From a bacterium (GTDB lineage Bacteria > Electryoneota > Electryoneia > Electryoneales > Electryoneaceae): DNA of 64,000 bases. Of the stretch, positions 1 to 8,033 are shown piece by piece (the stretch's first letter is position 1; the number at the start of each line of letters is the position of its first letter). The notes beneath the pieces were generated by a model that searched no databases, was not told the DNA's origin, and was given only the letters and a program-made list of their open reading frames with translations. The translations under genes and the position numbers were made by a program. Location of the stretch: assembly GCA_963675295.2 (NCBI GenBank), contig CAXXKJ010000002.1, positions 2,912,001-2,976,000 on the forward strand. The letters are read 5' to 3'.

Positions 1-102
1 CAGATCCCCCTGCAATTCGCTCTGCGCGTACGCAGACTGCGCCATGCTGATCAGGGCAGACGAAAGTACCGTGCGTTTGACCGGCGGGTTGAATCCTCTC
101 AT
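1..102 (-). CDS. 5' part of probable flagellar protein FliO/FliZ (truncated by window edge)
   Basis: ATG at 102 overlaps the fliY/N stop (ATGA); reads MRGFNPPVKRTVLSSALISMAQSAYAQ..., signal-peptide-like; FliO identity is from gene order only. Confidence 0.5.
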   Translation of the reverse strand, partial: MRGFNPPVKRTVLSSALISMAQSAYAQSELQGDL

Positions 103-1031
103 CGAAGCGCCTTTATCCGATCCTCCACACTGAGCAATTCGGTGATGCGAATGCCGAAGTTTTCATCGATGACAACAACTTCGCCAAGCGCGAACTGCTT
201 GTCGTTAATATAGAGATCCACAGGTTCCCCCGAGAGCTTCTGCAACTCGATGACGGAACCCGGTCCCAATTCCAACACATCACGGATCAGCATCTCGGTA
301 CGGCCCAGTTCAATTGTGACCGGCAGCGAGATGTCCATCAGCAGGTCGAGATTGCGTGGCATTTCTCCGTTGGTGCTCGCACCATCGGAATCGAACTCGC
401 CGAACTCGGCCCGTTTCACCTTCTGCGCATCATCACCGGTCGCCGGCAGATCCCCGGCGGCGGCGTCGGGAGCTTTCACCGTGGCGGGATCGATCAGCGT
501 TTTCAACGTGTCGAACAACTCACGGTTGGCGAAGTAGCAGACCTGGGACTCGCCCCACCCCTCAATGGTAACGTTGAGCACGGTCCCGAAGTATGCCGGC
601 AGATCAATCTCCAGATCCCCGGCGAGCACCACGCTGGCCTGCGCGCCTTCGGGATTGAGGTCGGTCTTGAGCTCCTCGGCCCACTGGGTTGCCTGCGCTC
701 CGACAATCTGGTTGATGGCCTCGGCGACACCGTCCAACGATTCGTGTTCGTTGAATTCGGCGGAACCATCGCCCATCACCATCAGGTCGGTAATCGCGGC
801 GGCAAGCTTCTTGGCGAAGAAATAGTACTGGCCGGCCTCAACGCCACCGGCAAGCGGCGCTTCGACCATCACCATTTCTTCTTCGAAGGTGCGTTTCAGC
901 ATTTCGTAGGACGCGTCCTGGAACTCGTAAATGCTGATCTCGACATCGCGATTGAGGATCGGGCGCAGAACCTCAACGACAATTTCCAGCGCCTTATCCA
1001 TCACGGCGGTATAAATCGGGTCAATCGCCAT
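99..1031 (-). CDS. fliY: flagellar motor switch protein FliN/FliY (CheC-like N-domain + FliN C-domain)
   Basis: C-term NLDLLMDISLPVTIELGRT...GEVVVIDENFGIRI is the FliN/SpoA domain; N-domain has one E-xx-N motif (EAIN); start moved to MAIDP after GAGG. Confidence 0.85.
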   Translation of the reverse strand: MAIDPIYTAVMDKALEIVVEVLRPILNRDVEISIYEFQDASYEMLKRTFEEEMVMVEAPLAGGVEAGQYYFFAKKLAAAITDLMVMGDGSAEFNEHESLDGVAEAINQIVGAQATQWAEELKTDLNPEGAQASVVLAGDLEIDLPAYFGTVLNVTIEGWGESQVCYFANRELFDTLKTLIDPATVKAPDAAAGDLPATGDDAQKVKRAEFGEFDSDGASTNGEMPRNLDLLMDISLPVTIELGRTEMLIRDVLELGPGSVIELQKLSGEPVDLYINDKQFALGEVVVIDENFGIRITELLSVEDRIKALR

Positions 1032-1041
1032 GGGTGCCTCT

Positions 1042-2034
1042 TTAGAATTCGATGGAGAGTTTTTCATCATCAGACAACTGCCGGGTTACGCGAACGGCCA
1101 TTTTCCGGCCGGACTTGCCCGGCAGACCGAACATTTTCGTCCGGTTGCCCACCTTGATGACCAACTCCTCCTTCAGATCTTTGTCAAGTTGAATGATGTC
1201 ATCCTTGCGCAGGGACAGGAAATCCTTCACACGGATGGATGTTTCGTCGAAAACCGCGCTAACGTCCACGCTGGTCGCCTTGAGGCGATCCTCAAGCATC
1301 TTGACTTCTTCCTCACCGATCTTGCGTGTGGTGGTGAAGAAGGTCTGCGAGGACAATTTCTGCAAAATTGGTTCGAGCACGAAGTACGGGAAGCCGATGT
1401 TCATCGGATACACTGCCCCGCGCACCTTCACCTCGAAAAAGATGATGGCGATGGTTTCACTCGAACGGGCAATCTGCACGAACTGCGGGTCCGTCTCAAA
1501 CGAATCGAACGAAGCGTTGAGCGGAAAAACCTGCGACCAGACTTCGTTCAGCGTGGTAATCAGGTTGTTGATAATGCGTTGCACAATGTTCTGCTCGATC
1601 AGGGTGATCTCACGGACTTCGATTTCCGTCTCCCCCGACCCTCCAAGCAGCCGGTCAACGATAAACAGCAGCAGTTGCGGGCTGATCTCGACAACGGCCT
1701 TGCCCTCGATGTCCTGAAATTTGAGCAGGTAGAGACTGGACGGCATCGACAGCGACATCGTGTATTCGCTGTACGTGACCTGGTCGATGGAAATCACGTT
1801 GACATCGACCAGCGCGCGCATGTTCGTCGAAAGGAACGTCGCCAGCAGTCGGGCGAAGTTCTCATGGATCGTGCGCATCGAACGGATCTGCTCTTTGCTG
1901 ATCCGGTCGGGGTGCTTGAAATCGTAGACGGTAACAGCTTTCCGGGTTTCCGTCTCAATCGAGTCGTACGATTTGCCCTTGGATACACTGCTTAAGAGGG
2001 CATCGATTTCGTCCTGTGAAAGAATACGGTTCAT
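1042..2034 (-). CDS. fliM: flagellar motor switch protein FliM
   Basis: LSQDEIDALL CheY-binding N-terminus, YDFKHPDRISKEQ motif. Confidence 0.97.
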   Translation of the reverse strand: MNRILSQDEIDALLSSVSKGKSYDSIETETRKAVTVYDFKHPDRISKEQIRSMRTIHENFARLLATFLSTNMRALVDVNVISIDQVTYSEYTMSLSMPSSLYLLKFQDIEGKAVVEISPQLLLFIVDRLLGGSGETEIEVREITLIEQNIVQRIINNLITTLNEVWSQVFPLNASFDSFETDPQFVQIARSSETIAIIFFEVKVRGAVYPMNIGFPYFVLEPILQKLSSQTFFTTTRKIGEEEVKMLEDRLKATSVDVSAVFDETSIRVKDFLSLRKDDIIQLDKDLKEELVIKVGNRTKMFGLPGKSGRKMAVRVTRQLSDDEKLSIEF

Positions 2035-2049
2035 CGCAACACCGCGTCG

Positions 2050-2583
2050 CTATTGCAGCACGTAGCGGACGAAAAAGACTCGTCCGACTTTGCCGCTGGT
2101 CAGGTGATGGTTGGCGATCTGCTGCACCCGGTCACGGATTTTATCCCGGTACGAGATGTCAGACAGGACCGGCAATCGTTGAGCCGACAGGAAGGTGTTG
2201 ATGTTATCGCGCAGCAGGGGTTCCATCGAGCCCATCTCCGCGACAACCGCGTCACTGCCGGTTTCGAACCCGATATCGACGAGCAGGATCTTCGTGCCCT
2301 TGGAATCGGTCGGGTTGACGATAATCCCTTCAATGGTATAGAGCAGGCCTGTCAGGTTTTCCTCTTCCATCGGCGGGCCGCCGGGGAAATACGGATTCGC
2401 CTCCAGCAGCCAGTTCATGATGGTCCAGGAAGAAAAGCCCTGCAGCGCAACGATACCGACGAGGATGCCGATGAAGATGGGCATGCTCAAGCCGCGGCTT
2501 CCGCCTCCGCTCGGTGCACCACCTTCCGGCATTTCGTTTTCCGGCAGCTCTACGCTTGCCACATCCTGATCAGCTTCGTTCAT
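2050..2583 (-). CDS. fliL: flagellar basal body-associated protein FliL
   Basis: single N-terminal TM, IIVNP...LRD...VFF..YVLQ pattern, located between motB and fliM. Confidence 0.9.
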   Translation of the reverse strand: MNEADQDVASVELPENEMPEGGAPSGGGSRGLSMPIFIGILVGIVALQGFSSWTIMNWLLEANPYFPGGPPMEEENLTGLLYTIEGIIVNPTDSKGTKILLVDIGFETGSDAVVAEMGSMEPLLRDNINTFLSAQRLPVLSDISYRDKIRDRVQQIANHHLTSGKVGRVFFVRYVLQ

Positions 2584-3311
2584 GGGTAGTACCCTCTCGC
2601 GGCCGCTTCCGGTGCAAGCGGGTCCGCAAATTCCAGGAAAATCTCCACCCGCCGGTTTCTCGCCCGTCCGGCCGGGGTATCATTGGTCGATCGGGGACGG
2701 TACTCGCCGTACCCGACTCCACTCATCTTCTGCGGTGGAATGTCCGAATTCGCTGCAAGGTACTTGACAACCTGCACCGCACGGGACGCGCTCAGCTCCC
2801 AGTTGCTCGGGTAGCGCACCGTGTTGATCGGCACGTCGTCCGTATGTCCCTCCACCCGGATCAGGTCGAAGGATCGTTTCGAAATCATGTCACCAAGGCG
2901 AACCAGCAAATTCTGAAAGATCGGTGTCAGATCCGCGGATCCGCTGTTGAACAATAACGAGTCCGACAGGATCAGGCGCACACCCTGCGGCGTGTTGTAC
3001 ACCTCGATAAATTCCAGCGCCGAGTTTTCTTCCTGCATCTCGGCGACTTCCTCGACCACTTCCTCGGCTTCGCGGGCCTGGTCTTGCATGTTCCGCAGGT
3101 AGGTCATCGGGATGGCATTGTTCATGCTGGGCATGACACCCAAACCTTCCCGCAGACTTTCCATCGCCGCGCGGAATTTGACAACTTCGGTCGACGAGAA
3201 CGAGACGATGAGCACGAAGAAGGTGAGCAGCAGCGTCATCATGTCACCATAGGTGACCATCCACGCTGGCGCTCCACTGGGTTCCGGTGGCGGACACTTC
3301 TTCTTTGCCAT
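2580..3311 (-). CDS. motB: flagellar motor protein MotB
   Basis: WMVTYGDMMTLLLTFFV TM with conserved Asp; OmpA-like GHTDD...NWELS..RA...NRRVEI. Confidence 0.97.
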   Translation of the reverse strand: MAKKKCPPPEPSGAPAWMVTYGDMMTLLLTFFVLIVSFSSTEVVKFRAAMESLREGLGVMPSMNNAIPMTYLRNMQDQAREAEEVVEEVAEMQEENSALEFIEVYNTPQGVRLILSDSLLFNSGSADLTPIFQNLLVRLGDMISKRSFDLIRVEGHTDDVPINTVRYPSNWELSASRAVQVVKYLAANSDIPPQKMSGVGYGEYRPRSTNDTPAGRARNRRVEIFLEFADPLAPEAAARGYYP

Positions 3312-3325
3312 CGCTCAGGGTCTCG

Positions 3326-4102
3326 TTACGCGGCTTGCGCCGCATCATCATCCACGCGTACCGCCGGTGGCAAGAAGGTTGTCAGCTTCTGCTTCACCAC
3401 GCGTGGGTTATCACCAGACTGAATCGAAAGAATACCCTCGATAACCATCTCTTTCTGCCGGATTTCCTCTCCGGACCGGTATTCCAGTTTGCCCGCCATC
3501 GGCAGGAAAATGATGTTCGCCGCCATCGACCCGTACAAGGTCGTCACCAGCGCCGTCGCCATACCGGCGCCGATCTTGGACGGATCATCCAGCGCGGCTA
3601 GCATCTGGATCAACCCGATCAGGGTACCGACCATGCCGAACGCCGGAGCGTACGTACCCAGCGCCTCAAACACCTTTTTGCCAAGCATGTGGCGGGTTTC
3701 CATTCCGCCGAGCTCACTCTCGAGAATGCTGCGGATGACTTCCGGCTCGACACCGTCGACCGCATACTGAATCCCAAGCCGCATGAACGGATCGGTGATG
3801 GAATCCAGTTCGCGTTCTATCGCGAGGATGCCTTCACGCCGGGCCTTTTCCGCGATCTTAACCAGGGTTTCAATGGTTTCCTGCGGCGCATCGATGGTGC
3901 TCATGAACGTTTTCTTGGCCACGTTCACCACCGCGAGTACGTCCTTCAACGGGAAATTGACAAGGGTTGCGCCAAACGCACCACCGAAAACGATCATCAC
4001 CGACGGCAGGCTGAAGAAGAAACTGACGCCTGATCCGGTGAGGATGGACGCAATCACCAGTACCGCGGATGCGATCAAGCCGATTAAAGTTGCGATATCC
4101 AT
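3326..4102 (-). CDS. motA: flagellar motor stator protein MotA
   Basis: ARREGILAIE and APAFGMVGTLIGLIQML...ALVTTLYG motifs. Confidence 0.97.
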   Translation of the reverse strand: MDIATLIGLIASAVLVIASILTGSGVSFFFSLPSVMIVFGGAFGATLVNFPLKDVLAVVNVAKKTFMSTIDAPQETIETLVKIAEKARREGILAIERELDSITDPFMRLGIQYAVDGVEPEVIRSILESELGGMETRHMLGKKVFEALGTYAPAFGMVGTLIGLIQMLAALDDPSKIGAGMATALVTTLYGSMAANIIFLPMAGKLEYRSGEEIRQKEMVIEGILSIQSGDNPRVVKQKLTTFLPPAVRVDDDAAQAA

Positions 4103-4114
4103 CGTTCGTTCCCG

Positions 4115-4315
4115 CTACCGGTTGCCCGCCATGGGTTGCATCACACGTTGCCGGAAGGCAACGATCCTGTCCACCAGTTCTTCCGGCGACAGGCTCGTGA
4201 TGATTTTCTTGCCATCGGTCAAAGTGATGATGGTGTCTGGAGTCTGCTCGATGAATTCGATCATATCCGAATTCACGATCAGTTCGCTGTCGTCCAGCCG
4301 GGTTACATGAATCAT
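4115..4315 (-). CDS. flbD: flagellar protein FlbD
   Basis: MIHVTRLDDSELIVNSDMIEFIEQTPDTIITLTDGKK is typical of FlbD; GGAGG upstream of ATG at 4315. Confidence 0.92.
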   Translation of the reverse strand: MIHVTRLDDSELIVNSDMIEFIEQTPDTIITLTDGKKIITSLSPEELVDRIVAFRQRVMQPMAGNR

Positions 4316-4369
4316 CCTGCCTCCCCACCGCTTCAGGTGGCGCGAACCACACTGAACGGGGTTATGATC

Positions 4370-4396
4370 AGGCGGCGGCCATCCAGGCCGCCGCCT
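4370..4396 (-). other. GC-rich hairpin just after flgE (no U-tract; mRNA-stabilising or weak terminator)
   Basis: AGGCGGCGGCC-N5-GGCCGCCGCCT perfect 11-bp inverted repeat. Confidence 0.5.
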
Positions 4397-4408
4397 CATG
4401 CGTATTGC

Positions 4409-6334
4409 TTACCGCTTCAGGTTCGTCACTTCCTGCAGAATCTGGTCGGACACCGTGATCACACGCGAACTGGCCTGGAAGCCACGCTGCGCCTTGATCA
4501 TATCGGTGAATTCTTCGACCAGGTCCACATTGGACATCTCCAGCTTGCCCGATTCGATCGTACTGCCGAAATCGGAATCGGCGTTGCCAAGCCGTGGATC
4601 ACCCGAAACTTCGGTCGCCAGCCACATGTTGTTGCCGGCCTTTTCCAGCCCGTCGGCGTTGGCGAAATCCGCGAGCACCATCTCACCGATCAGCAGTTCC
4701 TGACCGTTGGTGAAGTTGCCCATGATCCGGCCATCGTAGTTGATGTCGATGTCGGACAAGGTGCCCATTGCGTAGCCATCCTGGCCGACCAACGTTGTCG
4801 AGAACGCCGCGGCGGTCTGCGTGATGCCGTTCATGCCGTTGAAATCGCCGGCGCTGAACGACAGGCTGACCACATTCGTGCCGTCACCCGGGTCGAACGA
4901 GAAGGTGTCGCCACCGTCGTCGAACACCCAGTTGCGGAAGCTGCCGTCGGAGTTAAAGCTGACAATGCCGGAGGAACCGCCGACATTCACCGCCGGTTCA
5001 TCCACATCGGCTTCCCACATCCACTCGTTGGGGTTCGCCGTCTTGGTGAAGGTGACGTTCAGGTTGTGCATCGCGCCCTTCTCGTCATAAACGGCAATCG
5101 AGGTGGCATGCGTGGTCGCCTCGGTGTCGATGGACAGCGTGCCGGCGTTAAAGCCATCCGCCGCGACAATGCTGACTCCGCCACCACCAAGATCGGTCAT
5201 CGTGGTCATCAGACCAGTTGCCGGATCGGGTTCGAAGCCGAGCGTGGTCGTGATCGTCGCGCCGGTCGCAGCGTCGGTGAAGACGTCGTTTGCAACCAGC
5301 GTACTCGCCTGTCCACTGTTGACCGTCACATCCGCTGCGCCGAACAGGTCGTTGATCACCGTCGAGGTTCCGCCGTCGATCATGCGCACGTTGTACTCGT
5401 TGCCGTCACCGGCGTACGTGCGGGTCACGTTGATCTGCTGAGCCTGGTCATCGTAGTCAAAGTCAACGCCGGATACCTGCGCGTTCAGCTTGGTGAGCAG
5501 ATCGCCGACAGTGGATTCATTATCGAGGCCGGTGATGGTAACCGTCGATTCATGGTTCGAACCGTCATCGACAACGATGGTCAAGTCATCAACTCCAGTC
5601 AGACCCGCACCTGCGAGGTCCGTCAGCAGGGTGTCCATACCAAATCCGGTCAGCGTACTACCCAACGTGGAATTCTGGGCGTTCGCACCGGTGATGGTGA
5701 TGTCGTGCGTACCGCCGAGACCGTTCGCGGCTACACCCGCGACGCTGGTAACGCCGGTGGTGGTCGCATCGACGAGGGACGCCTCGGAATCGGTCGCGTC
5801 GGCGTCGAGGTTGCTGTAGACTTCCACCTCGGTCGTCGCGCGGGCCGGGATCTTGCGTGCGAGCGGAATCTGCAGACCGGTCAGGGCGGTATCCTCGATC
5901 ACGCCGTCCTCGTTGGCCATGCGTCCGAGCACCGTGCCAATACCGTTACCGGCAATCATGTTGCCCTCGGCGTCGAGGGTGAAATTGCCGGCACGGGTGT
6001 AGTAGGTCGTGTCGCCACCCTGCACCATGAAGAATCCATCGCCGAGCAGCGCGAGGTCGGTGGCGTAGCCGGTCGACTCGAGGCTGCCCTGGCTAAAGTT
6101 GTTGCTGATTGACTGCAACTGCACCCCGAGACCGACCTGGACCGGGTTGACCGTGCCACGGTTGGTCAACGATCCCTGGCCGGGACGCAGGATCTGGGAA
6201 ATCGCGTCCGCAAAGTTCGCGCGCGAAGATTTGAAACCGATCGTGTTGACGTTGGCGACGTTGTTGCCGACGACGTCCATCATGATCTGGTGACTCTGTA
6301 CGCCTGTCACACCACTGTTCAATGACCGCATCAT
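4409..6334 (-). CDS. flgE: flagellar hook protein FlgE (641 aa, large central insertion)
   Basis: MMRSLNSGVTG...VGNNVANVNTIGFK N-terminus; LEMSNVDLVEEFTDMIKAQRGFQASSRVIT C-terminus. Confidence 0.96.
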   Translation of the reverse strand: MMRSLNSGVTGVQSHQIMMDVVGNNVANVNTIGFKSSRANFADAISQILRPGQGSLTNRGTVNPVQVGLGVQLQSISNNFSQGSLESTGYATDLALLGDGFFMVQGGDTTYYTRAGNFTLDAEGNMIAGNGIGTVLGRMANEDGVIEDTALTGLQIPLARKIPARATTEVEVYSNLDADATDSEASLVDATTTGVTSVAGVAANGLGGTHDITITGANAQNSTLGSTLTGFGMDTLLTDLAGAGLTGVDDLTIVVDDGSNHESTVTITGLDNESTVGDLLTKLNAQVSGVDFDYDDQAQQINVTRTYAGDGNEYNVRMIDGGTSTVINDLFGAADVTVNSGQASTLVANDVFTDAATGATITTTLGFEPDPATGLMTTMTDLGGGGVSIVAADGFNAGTLSIDTEATTHATSIAVYDEKGAMHNLNVTFTKTANPNEWMWEADVDEPAVNVGGSSGIVSFNSDGSFRNWVFDDGGDTFSFDPGDGTNVVSLSFSAGDFNGMNGITQTAAAFSTTLVGQDGYAMGTLSDIDINYDGRIMGNFTNGQELLIGEMVLADFANADGLEKAGNNMWLATEVSGDPRLGNADSDFGSTIESGKLEMSNVDLVEEFTDMIKAQRGFQASSRVITVSDQILQEVTNLKR

Positions 6335-6399
6335 GAGAAGGTTCTCCTTGTTTGGGCAATTTGCCCCGGATACATCTCAGGGATCCTTCGGTTGAGGAC

Positions 6400-6454
6400 G
6401 GTTCCGCATCTGTCGGTTAGCAGAACCAAGGCCTCCTCACAGAGGTCCAGCCTT
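6400..6454 (-). ncRNA. candidate cis-regulatory two-hairpin RNA in the flgE leader
   Basis: mRNA sense AAGGCU-GGA-CCUC(UGU)GAGG-A-GGCCUU then GGUUCUGC(UAACCGACAGAU)GCGGAACC; G-U pairs fit the - strand. Confidence 0.45.
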
Positions 6455-6461
6455 CCCTGTA

Positions 6462-6496
6462 CTCGTCTCTCGTCTCTAGGCTCTAGTCTCTCGTCC
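6462..6496. repeat. heptamer tandem array (CTCGTCT/CTAGTCT x5)
   Basis: CTCGTCT CTCGTCT CTAGGCT CTAGTCT CTCGTCC. Confidence 0.85.
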
Positions 6497-6594
6497 AGTG
6501 TGACGGAGATTGTGAATTGCTTGTTTCGGGTCCGCGTCCCATGTCTTCTGGCTGAGCATGAGCCGCGTTTCCAGACGCTTGTCTTTTGTTCTCT

Positions 6595-6672
6595 CAAGTC
6601 TCAAGTCTCACATCTCTAGTCTTTTATCTTTCGACTTCAGTTCGACTTTCGACTCTGTACTTCTTTTCGACT
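6595..6672. repeat. degenerate heptamer tandem array (CAAGTCT / TTCGACT types)
   Basis: CAAGTCT CAAGTCT CACATCT CTAGTCT TTTATCT TTCGACT .. TTCGACT TTCGACT CTGTACT .. TTCGACT, directly after the stop of the 6677-7084 gene. Confidence 0.85.
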
Positions 6673-6676
6673 ATTC

Positions 6677-7084
6677 CTAATCGATCAGCACCGCGCTGTC
6701 GATCTGTGTAAAGACATTTTCCCGTGCCTGCTCACCTTGCAGGGCGGTAATCACGGTTCGGTTTTCGACGCTTACGATCAGCGCGAGGTCCCGCATCAGG
6801 AAGAGCGATTCCTTCGCGCCCTTGGCCTGTGCCTGGTCCATCGCACTGCTGATCTTGGTCAAATCCTGCTGGTCGAGGCTGACACCGCGTTGCAGCAGAC
6901 GCTGGCTCGCGTGTGCGCTGATGGTAACGTTCGGCGCGGACGCATTCGCGGGGGCGGAAGCCTTGCGGACAGCATCTTTGAACGAGTCACCGGTGGCAAC
7001 GGTTGACGGTTTGTTGACAGACGTTTGCGGCTGAACCGGACCAACACGTCCCAGGCTCGCCTGGATGCGCGGGTCGAGGTTCAT
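6677..7084 (-). CDS. flagellar operon protein (TIGR02530 family)
   Basis: ISAHASQRL..RG...AKGAKESL...ALIVSVENRTVITA...ENVFTQIDSAV signature, between flgD and flgE. Confidence 0.93.
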   Translation of the reverse strand: MNLDPRIQASLGRVGPVQPQTSVNKPSTVATGDSFKDAVRKASAPANASAPNVTISAHASQRLLQRGVSLDQQDLTKISSAMDQAQAKGAKESLFLMRDLALIVSVENRTVITALQGEQARENVFTQIDSAVLID

Positions 7085-7827
7085 GATCCACCTCCCAGCC
7101 CGATCATGCCGGCGATATCCAGTCCGCCGCCGTTCTTGTCATCGTCCGGGTTGCGCAGCTCGAGCACGTTTCCGAAGTACACCTTGACCCCGTCCACGAC
7201 CAGCATCGCGCCGTTGGCGTCGTACCGAACGGCATCAATCGTACCGATGATGTAGGTCGTCGCCTGGGTTTCCTTGCCAGCACTGTCAGTGGCGGTTACT
7301 TCGACAGTGTATTCGCCGTCCGCGAGCGAATTACCCTTGTTGTCCTCGCCATCCCATTCGATGGTGTGTTCACCGGACAGGGTCTTGCCGAGATCGATAC
7401 TGCGGAGCTCGTTTCCGTCACTGTCCAGGATGGTGATTTCGACGTCCTCGGCGATATCGTTCAACTCGAACGAGATATCGCTGCCTTCGCCGTCGGACAC
7501 GACCAAGGTATCGCTGTAGGCCTTGACATCAGTGCCAACCAGCGACCCGGCGAGGGTGTTGTTGATCGCCTGGGAGAGGATGTAGTCCGCCTGCAGGCTC
7601 TCTTCGAGCACGGAGGTCTGGTTCTGCATCTCTTCCAGGGTGGTGAACTGCGCCAGCTGTGCCGTGTACTCGGTCGAATCCATCGGGTTCATCGGATCCT
7701 GGTTCTTCATCTGCTCGATCAGCAGCTGGAGGAACCCATCCTTGTCGACAGTTCCGGACTGAGCATCGGTGCCATAAGTGGTCGCAGATCTCCCAACGAG
7801 AGAATCAATCGACAGCGTATCGTCCAT
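7081..7827 (-). CDS. flgD: flagellar hook capping protein FlgD
   Basis: DKDGFLQLLIEQMKNQDPMNPMDSTEYTAQLAQF; FlgD Ig domain WDGED..G..LADGEY. Confidence 0.96.
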   Translation of the reverse strand: MDDTLSIDSLVGRSATTYGTDAQSGTVDKDGFLQLLIEQMKNQDPMNPMDSTEYTAQLAQFTTLEEMQNQTSVLEESLQADYILSQAINNTLAGSLVGTDVKAYSDTLVVSDGEGSDISFELNDIAEDVEITILDSDGNELRSIDLGKTLSGEHTIEWDGEDNKGNSLADGEYTVEVTATDSAGKETQATTYIIGTIDAVRYDANGAMLVVDGVKVYFGNVLELRNPDDDKNGGGLDIAGMIGLGGGS

Positions 7828-7923
7828 AGGCCAATCCTCCTTTCACGGGGACCCGTGATCGCCGGCTTCGTCCGTCCCCTGAAGCGAAGCGGCTGAAATC
7901 CTTACATAACCACTTTACATTCA

Positions 7924-7939
7924 AGCAAACCACATGCCT
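7924..7939 (-). promoter_or_regulatory. sigma54 (-24/-12) promoter upstream of flgD
   Basis: - strand AGGCATGTGGTTTGCT = GG-N10-GC. Confidence 0.75.
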
Positions 7940-7992
7940 TTGCTGCAATCAAAAGCTGATGCGGTGTTGCGGTTCTCGCGCCCTGCGACATG

Positions 7993-8028
7993 GGGTAGCT
8001 TTCACCCTGATCCGGGCAGCTTCTGCCC
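7993..8028. promoter_or_regulatory. two 15-bp pseudo-palindromes, putative enhancer-binding-protein sites
   Basis: GGGTAGCTTTCACCC (7993) and GGGCAGCTTCTGCCC (8014), 21 bp apart, first one 55 bp from the -24 GG. Confidence 0.55.
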
Positions 8029-8033
8029 GGTAG

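Noticed and set aside
4136-6112. Long antisense ORFs (658 aa here; also 44536-46440, 58391-59860, 27853-29061)
   Set aside because: They shadow well-identified genes on the opposite strand in high-GC DNA and have no recognisable motifs.
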